From positions 3,174-67,173 of the forward strand of contig CAYUKK010000022.1 of assembly GCA_964445305.1 (NCBI GenBank): a DNA stretch of 64,000 nucleotides, given 5' to 3'. A program made the position numbers and the translations under genes. Below, piece after piece: positions 56,884 through 64,000 of this stretch (position 1 is the first letter of the stretch; every line of letters starts with the position of its first letter). The DNA comes from an uncultured Eubacteriales bacterium. Lineage in GTDB: Bacteria > Acidobacteriota > Aminicenantia > Aminicenantales > UBA8522. The notes beneath the pieces are model-generated. The model ran no database searches. It was not told where the DNA came from and was given only the letters and a program-made list of their open reading frames with translations.

Positions 56884-57740
56884 CAGATTTTCGGAGGTCC
56901 GACTTCTCCTTTTTCCGGGTTGTAGAGATAATCGTCGCCATCGAGGTCCTTGGGCAGCGAGGACAGCAGCCGAAACTTGACGAGCTCGGCAAGCTCTTGA
57001 GGATAGCGGCCGAAGCGCTGCTTGAAGCGGGCTATTGCATCCTCGAGAATCTTTATATCCATGGCTGCCTTGACCCGGTAAAGATGCCGGCTGGCGATTT
57101 CTTTGACGCGCGGATCGGTGGCCGTCGCGTAGATTTCTTGCCATGTCTCCCAGGCGGTCTCAAGGTCCATCACTTTGAAACTGGCCGCCGCATAGAGCCG
57201 CTTGGCGATGTCGGGTGCACCCGGTATCTTCATCGTCTTTTCGTAGTATCGGCGAGCTAAATCGAAATCCTTGGCCATCTGGGCGTAGTGTCCGGCCTGG
57301 AAGGGAAAAATCCACTGGTCCGGGTTTTTGGCCAGACCCAAATCGAGAATCTTAAGGCCGAGCTCAAGGTTTCTTGCTTCGTAGATGGCAATCAGGGCTC
57401 CCACCTCGTAGGGGTCCTGATACCGAGGGTCGAGCTCAGCGATGACGGAGAAGATGTGGTCGAGGTATTGATACCGGTCGACAATCGTGTAGGTGCTGTA
57501 ATACTGGATGGCCCAGAGGTAGATCAAGTCGGCCGCGAGCGAGGGGAAGCCGAAGGTGATGTATTTCAGGTATTTGCCCGACGGAAGGTAGATGACTGAG
57601 GCGCCCGGGATTTTCTGGCGGGGGATGGTGTTGATGGTCATTTTTAGCGAAACGATGCTTGCCAGGAGAAGAAAAAGCGCCAGCCCAGAAGAAATGGAGG
57701 CCAGCCCGCGGCGGTGAGAAAAGGAAGGAAGCGAGTTCAT
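56871..57740 (-). CDS. membrane-anchored TPR-repeat protein
   Basis: N-terminal TM (LALFLLLASIVSL) followed by TPR-like repeats. 289 aa. Stop overlaps the proposed pilD start region. Confidence 0.55.
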   Translation of the reverse strand: MNSLPSFSHRRGLASISSGLALFLLLASIVSLKMTINTIPRQKIPGASVIYLPSGKYLKYITFGFPSLAADLIYLWAIQYYSTYTIVDRYQYLDHIFSVIAELDPRYQDPYEVGALIAIYEARNLELGLKILDLGLAKNPDQWIFPFQAGHYAQMAKDFDLARRYYEKTMKIPGAPDIAKRLYAAASFKVMDLETAWETWQEIYATATDPRVKEIASRHLYRVKAAMDIKILEDAIARFKQRFGRYPQELAELVKFRLLSSLPKDLDGDDYLYNPEKGEVGPPKIWWKK

Positions 57741-58501
57741 ACAAAATCCCTTTTCTTGAAGATGAGGATGGCCAGCATGAGGATGAAGAGGGTGTAAACG
57801 ATGCCGTAGAGGGCCGAGAAGAGGTAGAAGCGGGGAAGTACGGTCAGCCCGTGGACGACTTCTGTCTTGAAATTAAAGCTCTCCAGGTCGGGAAGGACGA
57901 TAGACAGTGCCTGGATGAAAAGCCGCAGGGCGGCCGATTTGGTTCTCTGGAGGAGCGTCTGGAAACCCCAGGAGAAATGGCCAATAAGATAAAAGGACAA
58001 CGAGAAGAGGGAGCTCAGAATGGGGGTGGAAAAACAGGAGAAGAGGATGGCCACGGCCGTAAGGAGGACGAGCTCGATGAAGATGAAGAGGATGGCCAGC
58101 AGGAGGTTGAGCTCTATTTTGAAGGTATGGAGGAAGACGATGATGAGGAAAATGAGGCTCATCAGGGTCGTCATGACGAAGAGGGTGAGGACGAGGCCGA
58201 AGAATTTTCCTACCAGGAATTCGTGGCGGTGGATGGGCTTGGAAATGAGCGCGTAAATCGTTTTTTTGTCGATTTCCTTGTAGACCAGGCCAGTGCCGAT
58301 GAGGACGGCCATCAGGACGCCGAACAGGTTGATCGAGGCGAGGCCGACGTCCTTGATGATTTTGACGCGGTCGCCGACTGTCAGGATGGCCAGCAGCCGG
58401 GAGAAGATAACGGCCACGGCGGCGAAAAAGAAGAGGAGGTAAAGGACTCGATCGCGGATGGCCTCCTTGAACGTGTTCAGGGCGATAGCTTTGATCTTCA
58501 T
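57737..58501 (-). CDS. ABC-2 type transporter permease
   Basis: 254 aa, 6 TM. N-terminal MKIKAIALNTFKEAIRDRVLY is typical of ABC-2/NosY-like permeases. Start overlaps the ATPase stop by 4 nt. Confidence 0.7.
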   Translation of the reverse strand: MKIKAIALNTFKEAIRDRVLYLLFFFAAVAVIFSRLLAILTVGDRVKIIKDVGLASINLFGVLMAVLIGTGLVYKEIDKKTIYALISKPIHRHEFLVGKFFGLVLTLFVMTTLMSLIFLIIVFLHTFKIELNLLLAILFIFIELVLLTAVAILFSCFSTPILSSLFSLSFYLIGHFSWGFQTLLQRTKSAALRLFIQALSIVLPDLESFNFKTEVVHGLTVLPRFYLFSALYGIVYTLFILMLAILIFKKRDFV

Positions 58502-59415
58502 CCTTGTTTGACCATCTCGACGAAGAGGTCTTCCAGAGTCTCTGTTCGGGGGACGAGTGAATGGATTCTCCCCTTTTTGTCGTGAACGAGATCGACCAGA
58601 CGGTCGACCTTTTCTTCGTCGAAGACCTTGACCATGATCCTGTCCCGATGAAAAGAGACGGGTTGGGCTAGCCCGGTAAGGTCGGAAAAAGCCAGCCCCG
58701 AGAGAGTCACTTCTGTGTAGAGAATCTTTTCTGAGATTAAGTCCCCCAGCTTCCCTTCACTCAAAACGCGGCCGCCAACGAGGATGGCGACTCGATCGCA
58801 GATCATCTCGATGTCCTGAAGGATATGGGAACAGAGAAAAATCGTCTTTCCGGCGTCCTTCAACTGGAGGATGACGTCGCGGAGTTCTTTCCGGCCGATG
58901 GGGTCGAGGCCTCCCAGGGGCTCGTCGAGGAAAACGAGCTCCGGGTCGTTGATGAGTGCCTGGGCCAGGCCAATCCTCTGGAGCATGCCGCGGGAAAACT
59001 TGCGCAACTGGAGGTTCGCCGCTCTCTCCAGACCGACGAGCCGGAGCAGGCGGGGAATTTTTTCTTCCTTGATTGCCTTCTTGAGATGAAAGAGCCCGGC
59101 ACAAAAATCGAGAAACTCGGCGGCCGTGAGATAATCATAGAAATAAGGATGCTCGGGCAAATAGCCGACGCGTTCCTTAGCCCGGAGGGAGAGGTGGGGA
59201 TGGCCGAAGATTTCAACCAGGCCTTGATCGGGGAAAATCAACCCGAGCACGCACTTGAGGGTCGTCGTCTTCCCGGCACCGTTAGGGCCAAGATAGCCGA
59301 AAATTTCGCCGGCTTCGACCGAAAAAGAAATGCCCTTGAGGACTTCTCTTTTTTTGGGGATGAATCCCACCTTGAAGGTCTTGTGGAGGTTGGTGATCCT
59401 TAGAACAGTAGACAT
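58498..59415 (-). CDS. ABC transporter ATP-binding protein
   Basis: Walker A GPNGAGKTTT. Signature FSRGMLQRIGLA. Walker B LVFLDEPLGGLDP. 305 aa. Confidence 0.9.
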   Translation of the reverse strand: MSTVLRITNLHKTFKVGFIPKKREVLKGISFSVEAGEIFGYLGPNGAGKTTTLKCVLGLIFPDQGLVEIFGHPHLSLRAKERVGYLPEHPYFYDYLTAAEFLDFCAGLFHLKKAIKEEKIPRLLRLVGLERAANLQLRKFSRGMLQRIGLAQALINDPELVFLDEPLGGLDPIGRKELRDVILQLKDAGKTIFLCSHILQDIEMICDRVAILVGGRVLSEGKLGDLISEKILYTEVTLSGLAFSDLTGLAQPVSFHRDRIMVKVFDEEKVDRLVDLVHDKKGRIHSLVPRTETLEDLFVEMVKQG

Positions 59416-59429
59416 CGAATTCGCTTGCT

Positions 59430-59457
59430 ATTATAGTGAAATCACCGGGCAAGTCAA
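59430..59457 (-). promoter_or_regulatory. candidate sigma70 promoter for the ABC/TPR/pilD operon
   Basis: Minus strand: TTGACT (59452-59457), 16 nt spacer, TATAAT (59430-59435). Only 14 nt before the ATG, implying a very short leader. Confidence 0.4.
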
Positions 59458-59494
59458 AATCCTTGACTGCCAACGGCCGAGGGAACGGTCTGGG

Positions 59495-60055
59495 CTAGTC
59501 GGGGACGACGTGCCGGAGGGTACTCTGATCGATAGTAATGTAGAAATCGCTCCCTAAATAAAGAAGCGGCCTGACCTGGCGGGGATTGAGAATCCCTTCG
59601 GCGTTGAAGGAGCCCGGTTCTTCATGGATGGCCAGGACCTCGCCGACAAAAAGGTCGTGGTCGCCGTAAGGCCTGACTTCGGCCAGCCGGCATTCGAAGG
59701 AAGCGTAAGCTTCCTCCACGATGGGCGATTGGATGACCTTGCCCGGCGCCAATCGAAGCGCGAACTCCTTGACCTTGTCCATGTCATGACCGGATTTGCG
59801 GCCCATCTGGGCGGAGAGTTTCACTTTTTCGTAATTGATGAAGTTCACGGTAAACTCTTTGGCCCGGATGATCACCCCATGGGTGAAGCGCTTCTTGGAA
59901 ATGAGGACGCCGAAAAGCGGTGGGTCAAAGGAGAGAGCGGTGTGCCATGCACAGCTCATGAAGTTGGTTTGACCCTGGGCCGTGGCTCCCACGATCGACA
60001 CCGTATAAGGGTAAAAATATTGAAAATGTTTGATTTGGGTTTTGACCGTCTTCAT
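59495..60055 (-). CDS. flavin reductase-like (FMN-binding split-barrel) protein
   Basis: PYTVSIVGATAQGQTNFMSCAWHTALSFDPPLFGVLI is the flavin_reduct family pattern. 186 aa. Confidence 0.75.
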   Translation of the reverse strand: MKTVKTQIKHFQYFYPYTVSIVGATAQGQTNFMSCAWHTALSFDPPLFGVLISKKRFTHGVIIRAKEFTVNFINYEKVKLSAQMGRKSGHDMDKVKEFALRLAPGKVIQSPIVEEAYASFECRLAEVRPYGDHDLFVGEVLAIHEEPGSFNAEGILNPRQVRPLLYLGSDFYITIDQSTLRHVVPD

Positions 60056-60091
60056 GGATCCTCCTTTTCCAGGCTACAAAACACTCTCTCT

Positions 60092-61072
60092 TTACCCAAG
60101 CCCCTTGATTTTTCGGGCATTCTTGAGCAGCCACTCCTGAGTAAAGAGATGCTCCTTGTTGAGGCCGAGATGGAGGTTAACCTGGTCCCTGATCTCGCCT
60201 GGGGGTAGCAGGCGAAGAAGCTTTTCGTAAGCGCTGATGAGCTCTCTTTCAGCCGGGATGAGCGTTTCCAGGGCTGAGATGCGGTCATGGCCGGGGTAGA
60301 CGGAGGGCATCGGGCTTGTGCTCTTTTCTGCGCCCGCCTCATCCCGGACGGCGTTTTCGATGCGGATGACACTTCCCAGCTTGATAAGAAGGCCCGAATT
60401 CTTGTCCCAGTGCCTCATGTGGTCGATGGAATTCTTGAACAGCCGCTGGCTAAGGTCCTGGTGTTCGCTAAAAAGGATGACATATCGAAGATAGCGGTGC
60501 ATGAGCTCGTTTTCCATCCGCATGATGTCATGGAGAAGCTGGACTTCTTCCCGGGCGGCCGCCTCCGGGCTTTCTTCAAAACAGCGAGCTTCCGAGGCTC
60601 CTTCCTTCTCCATCGTCCGGATCATCACCTCGAACTGTTGGGAGTGACGCACCTCATCGTAAGAAATGTTGAGGACCATGTTCTGGATTTTGGGGAAAGC
60701 GCCCTCTGCCCATTGCGCCGATTGATAGAGCTCGGTGACCATGTCCTCGGTCATTTTATCCCGCTTGAGGTTATCAACAAGGCGAGGATAGCGGACGATT
60801 TCATCGGTGCGGAAGGAAGGAACCCCGCCCATCTGGGTGATGATGATGCCGAGCTGCAAGGCGTGGTACATCTCGTCGATTCCAATCTGGATGGTCTGGG
60901 CGCGGACGTCGGTCCGCAAGTTCATGATGGGGTCCTCATAGAAGAACTTGGCCTTGGGCATGGAATAGGCATGGATGGTGTACTCAAAGCTAACGGCCCA
61001 TTCGTGCTCAAGGGCAGTGTTAAGCAGTTGATGAACGTCGCTTTCGGTTTGGATTTTTCCGCTCTTTTCCAT
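60092..61072 (-). CDS. ferritin-like superfamily diiron-carboxylate protein (two ferritin-like halves)
   Basis: Repeated E..H / E..E motifs (EHEWAVSFEY, DEMYHALQLG, YDEVRHSQQFE, ENELMHRYL, IDHMRHWD). GGAGGAG SD before the ATG at 61072; the ORF extends to 61102. Confidence 0.5.
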   Translation of the reverse strand: MEKSGKIQTESDVHQLLNTALEHEWAVSFEYTIHAYSMPKAKFFYEDPIMNLRTDVRAQTIQIGIDEMYHALQLGIIITQMGGVPSFRTDEIVRYPRLVDNLKRDKMTEDMVTELYQSAQWAEGAFPKIQNMVLNISYDEVRHSQQFEVMIRTMEKEGASEARCFEESPEAAAREEVQLLHDIMRMENELMHRYLRYVILFSEHQDLSQRLFKNSIDHMRHWDKNSGLLIKLGSVIRIENAVRDEAGAEKSTSPMPSVYPGHDRISALETLIPAERELISAYEKLLRLLPPGEIRDQVNLHLGLNKEHLFTQEWLLKNARKIKGLG

Positions 61073-61494
61073 TATAGCTCCTCCGGATATTTTTTTGTCC
61101 ATTATATGCTTCTTCGGAAAATAAGGGAAGCTCAGGGGGATCTTTATTACATTGGTTCATCCCTGAGAATTGCTGTTTCCCTAAGCAGGGGAGGGGAAAC
61201 GGGGGAGAGAAATTCACCCCCAAATCCCTCCCAAGAGGTGATTGTGCTCTCCGTTCAGGCAAGTCAGTATGGTTTTGTCGCAGCCTCAAAGGCTCTACAC
61301 TTTCTCATCCAAGGCGTAGCCGAGGTTGTGAAAAAGGAGAGGGGGCTAAGGTCCCTCTCTCCCCCCACCCCCACCCTCCTTTCGATGGCCTCCTTGAACC
61401 CAGACAATGAGTCAAGGGGGCCATTTTCTTACCGGCTAGGTGTTGCTTTTTCGGTCAAAAAATTATACTAAAAGATGACGGCCGAGGTGCTCGC

Positions 61495-62727
61495 ATGGCC
61501 ATAAGAGAAGACCATCCTGTCCCGCGTTTGAGGACAGACTTGGAAGTGGTCCCCACTTCCTACCAGGGCAAAAGAGCTCTCCTCATCAGGGATGCTCTCG
61601 GCCTCATTCGCCAGCCCGTCATCCTTCAGGGCGAAGCCCTCAGCCTGGTCACGCTCATCGATGGAAAAAAGACAATCCGGGACCTCCAGGTCGAGCTCGT
61701 ACGAGCCAGAAGAGGTATGCTCATCGATTTGGATGACGTCGAAAAAATCATCGACCAGCTGGATTCGGCTTTTCTTCTCCAGAGTCGTCTCTACGAGAGG
61801 GAGAAGGAACGGCTCATCTCTGAATACGCCCAGCTCGCCGTCAGAGAGGCCTCCCACGCTGGCCTTTCCTACCCTGCTTCCGAGCCGGAGTTGCGGCGCT
61901 ATCTCGATTCGATTCTCGAATCTGAAGGGAGGCTGGAACCGGGTCCCGACCGTCCTCCAGATGCGCTCATCTCCCCGCACATTGACCTCGAAGCGGGGAA
62001 AAGGGCCTATGCCTTGGCCTACGGAGCTATCCGGCATCGGCGCTTCGGTCGAGTTTTTCTGCTCGGCACCGGCCACAGCCTTGACGACGGCTTTTACTGC
62101 CTCACCGGAAAAGACTTCCAGACGCCGCTCGGTCTCGTCAAGACTGAAAGAGAAGTGGTCAAGAAACTCAGGAAAGCGGGGGGTGTGGCTATCTCCCGCT
62201 CGGATATATTTCACCGCCGCGAGCATTCCCTCGAGTTCCAAATCCTCTTCCTCCAGCACCTCTTCGGTTCCTCTTTTGTCATCGTCCCCATCCTGTGTGG
62301 CTCCTTTGCGGCCATGCTGGAAAGGGTTTCCCGTCCGTCTCAGCTTGAAGGAGTGGCCGACTTCCTGGCGCAGCTCCGGCGTTGCTGGGAAGAAGAGAGG
62401 GAGGACAGCCTTTTTGTCGCTGGCGTCGATTTTTCCCACATCGGGCCCAAGTTTGGCCACCGCGAACGCGCCGCCTCTCTCCTCCTCGAGGCCCGGCATC
62501 ATGACCAAAAACTGCTCGAGGCGGTTACTCGGGGCGATGTGGAAGCACTCTGGGCGGAGGCGAGGCGAGTGAGAGATAGGTTCAATGTGTGCGGTTTTTC
62601 TGCCCTGGCCGCGCTCCTCGAAGTTCTGCCGGGCGCTCAAGGCCGTGTCTTGGATTACCGCTTCTGGCAGGAGGAGGCGACCCAGTCGGCGGTGAGCTTT
62701 GCGGCTGCAGTCTTGGTCGCTTGTTGA
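61495..62727 (+). CDS. MEMO1-family protein (AmmeMemoRadiSam system protein B-like) with N-terminal PqqD-like domain
   Basis: Residues ~110-410 carry the MEMO1 His/Asp/Cys pattern (ISPHIDLEAG, FLLGTGHS, EHSLEFQI, VAGVDFSHIGPKFGH, NVCGFSAL). Residues ~8-95 (PRLRTDLEVV..ILQGEALSLVTLIDGKKTIRDL..DLDDVEKIIDQL) resemble PqqD-type RiPP recognition elements. Confidence 0.65.
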   Translation: MAIREDHPVPRLRTDLEVVPTSYQGKRALLIRDALGLIRQPVILQGEALSLVTLIDGKKTIRDLQVELVRARRGMLIDLDDVEKIIDQLDSAFLLQSRLYEREKERLISEYAQLAVREASHAGLSYPASEPELRRYLDSILESEGRLEPGPDRPPDALISPHIDLEAGKRAYALAYGAIRHRRFGRVFLLGTGHSLDDGFYCLTGKDFQTPLGLVKTEREVVKKLRKAGGVAISRSDIFHRREHSLEFQILFLQHLFGSSFVIVPILCGSFAAMLERVSRPSQLEGVADFLAQLRRCWEEEREDSLFVAGVDFSHIGPKFGHRERAASLLLEARHHDQKLLEAVTRGDVEALWAEARRVRDRFNVCGFSALAALLEVLPGAQGRVLDYRFWQEEATQSAVSFAAAVLVAC

Positions 62728-62740
62728 AGGAGGGGAGCGG

Positions 62741-63607
62741 ATGACGGATTTCTGGGGAGCGGTAAAAAAAAGCCAGTCCTATGACCTGGCCATCATCGGC
62801 GTGCCATTTGATGAGAAGTCTTGTTTCCTGCGGGGAGCAGCTCTGGGACCAGCCGCCATCCGGGCGGCCTCGACAGGTAAGGCGCTGAACCCCTTCACGG
62901 AACTGGGGGTCAACCTGGAGGAGGAGACTGTCCTTATCGATTGGGGTGATGTGGATACTTCGGGAGACGTGGATAAGACTTTTAGCCGAATTGAAGACGC
63001 GGTCAAGGAAGTCGCAGGCAAGAAGGGCAAGCCGATTGTTCTCGGTGGCGATCACTCCATCACCTATCCAGTGGTGAAAGCTCTGGCGCGGAAATACCGG
63101 CAGCTTTCCATCCTCCATTTTGACGCTCACCCCGACCTTTATGAAGAACTCTACGGGGATCGGTACTCCCACGCCTGTCCTTTTGCCAGAATCATGGAGG
63201 AAGGGCTGGCCAGAGAGCTAGTCCAGGTCGGTATCCGGGCCGCTACCCGAGAGCAGAGGGACAAAGCCCGGCGTCACGGCGTGCGGATGATCGAAATGAA
63301 GGACATGGGGCCGGAGTTGCAGCTGAAATTTGAGTCACCGCTCTATATTTCTTTCGACCTGGATGCTCTGGACCCCGCTTTCGCGCCCGGTGTGAGCCAC
63401 CATGAACCGGGCGGGATGACGATGCGGCAGGCCATCGATATCATCCATTCATTGAGGGCAGAGGTTATCGGCCTGGATGTCGTTGAGCTCAACCCGACCC
63501 GAGACCCGTCCGGAATAACCGCGGCCGCGGCTGTCAAAATCATTAAGGAAGTGGCTGGCCGGATGGTAGGAAAGGATTATCCGTCGTCAAAAAAGCGGTC
63601 CGTCTGA
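62741..63607 (+). CDS. speB: agmatinase/arginase-family ureohydrolase
   Basis: GGAGGGGAG RBS. Mn-binding motifs GGDHSITYPV, HFDAHPD, SFDLDALDP. 288 aa from ATG 62741. Confidence 0.8.
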   Translation: MTDFWGAVKKSQSYDLAIIGVPFDEKSCFLRGAALGPAAIRAASTGKALNPFTELGVNLEEETVLIDWGDVDTSGDVDKTFSRIEDAVKEVAGKKGKPIVLGGDHSITYPVVKALARKYRQLSILHFDAHPDLYEELYGDRYSHACPFARIMEEGLARELVQVGIRAATREQRDKARRHGVRMIEMKDMGPELQLKFESPLYISFDLDALDPAFAPGVSHHEPGGMTMRQAIDIIHSLRAEVIGLDVVELNPTRDPSGITAAAAVKIIKEVAGRMVGKDYPSSKKRSV

Positions 63608-63655
63608 GTGGATGGAGAGCGAAGAGGAAGACCATCATCGGCGGGAGGTTTTTCC

Positions 63656-64000
63656 GTGGCTAAACGATTTTCTTTTCTTCTTTCTGTCGTTCTTTTGCCG
63701 ATAGTTGTTACGAGCGCGCCGGACGTCGACTTCGACAAGTACTTCATTGACCGGACGATGCGGGTCGATTATTTTCATGTCGGCGATGCGACGAGCGAGT
63801 TCATCACCCTGGATAGAGTTTATGAGCAGGGGAGCTGGGCTGGCAGCCTGAAGAATTTGATCGACCGTCTCAACCTTGGCCGCTACGCCGCCAAGGTTTA
63901 TGATGGGGCTTCGGGAGGGCTCATTTTTTCGCGAGGCTTCGATAGTTATTTCGGCGAATACAAGACAACAGGTCCCGCTCTCAGGGGGGTCAAGCGGACC
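63656..64000 (+). CDS. secreted protein, 3' truncated by window end (possible peptidase-M64-like N-terminal domain)
   Basis: GGGAGG RBS then GTG at 63656. Signal peptide AKRFSFLLSVVLLPIVVTSA. FDKYFIDRTMRVDYFHVGDATSE resembles the M64 peptidase N-domain from memory (weak). Open to the end of the window. Confidence 0.45.
   Translation, partial: MAKRFSFLLSVVLLPIVVTSAPDVDFDKYFIDRTMRVDYFHVGDATSEFITLDRVYEQGSWAGSLKNLIDRLNLGRYAAKVYDGASGGLIFSRGFDSYFGEYKTTGPALRGVKRT

Noticed and set aside
60287-62640. ORFs 60287-61471 (+) and 61468-62640 (-) antisense to the diiron and MEMO genes
   Set aside because: - The opposite strands carry the diiron ligand motifs and the MEMO1 His/Cys pattern respectively.
- 60287-61471 also spans the non-coding 61103-61494 region.

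Overview
High-GC (roughly 58-60% by eye) bacterial chromosomal window, gene-dense on both strands, with no transposase, integrase or CRISPR array recognisable.

Contents in order:
- 1-9.8 kb: a secreted glycan/lipid-degrading neighbourhood (alpha/beta hydrolase, BNR/Asp-box repeat protein, GH127-like beta-L-arabinofuranosidase, neutral-ceramidase-like protein, PIG-L deacetylase) ending in a truncated DegT aminotransferase remnant.
- 9.9-30.0 kb: a ~19.4 kb segment bracketed by two inverted copies of a ~310-335 bp structured non-coding repeat. It holds glnA, an Lrp regulator, SAM decarboxylase, a secreted M1-type peptidase, a sigma54-dependent two-component pair (PilS/PilR-like) and a type IV pilus operon pilC-pilB-pilM-pilN-pilO-pilP-pilQ.
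- 30.0-35.9 kb: a five-gene operon of tungsten-type aldehyde:ferredoxin oxidoreductase, a tandem class-II-aldolase protein, LutC and a fused LutB-LutA.
- 35.9-50.4 kb: housekeeping and central metabolism (CbiX-like chelatase, Zn-ADH, DhnA aldolase, sulfatase-like protein, TrpRS, NUDIX, HD hydrolase, M50-CBS protease, PolX, LigA, PPi-dependent PFK, Nramp).
- 50.4-59.4 kb: a tRNA(CAU) directly upstream of tilS, AsnB, a large membrane glycosyltransferase-like protein, and prepilin peptidase PilD inside a TPR/ABC-transporter operon.
- 59.5-64.0 kb: a flavin reductase plus ferritin-like diiron protein pair, a MEMO1-family protein with an N-terminal PqqD-like domain, agmatinase, and a 3'-truncated secreted protein.

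The most unusual items are the inverted repeat pair, the PqqD-like/MEMO1 fusion, the AOR-aldolase-LutCBA operon and a deletion-fusion pseudogene. All calls rest on motif-level reading of the ORF translations, with no database searches.
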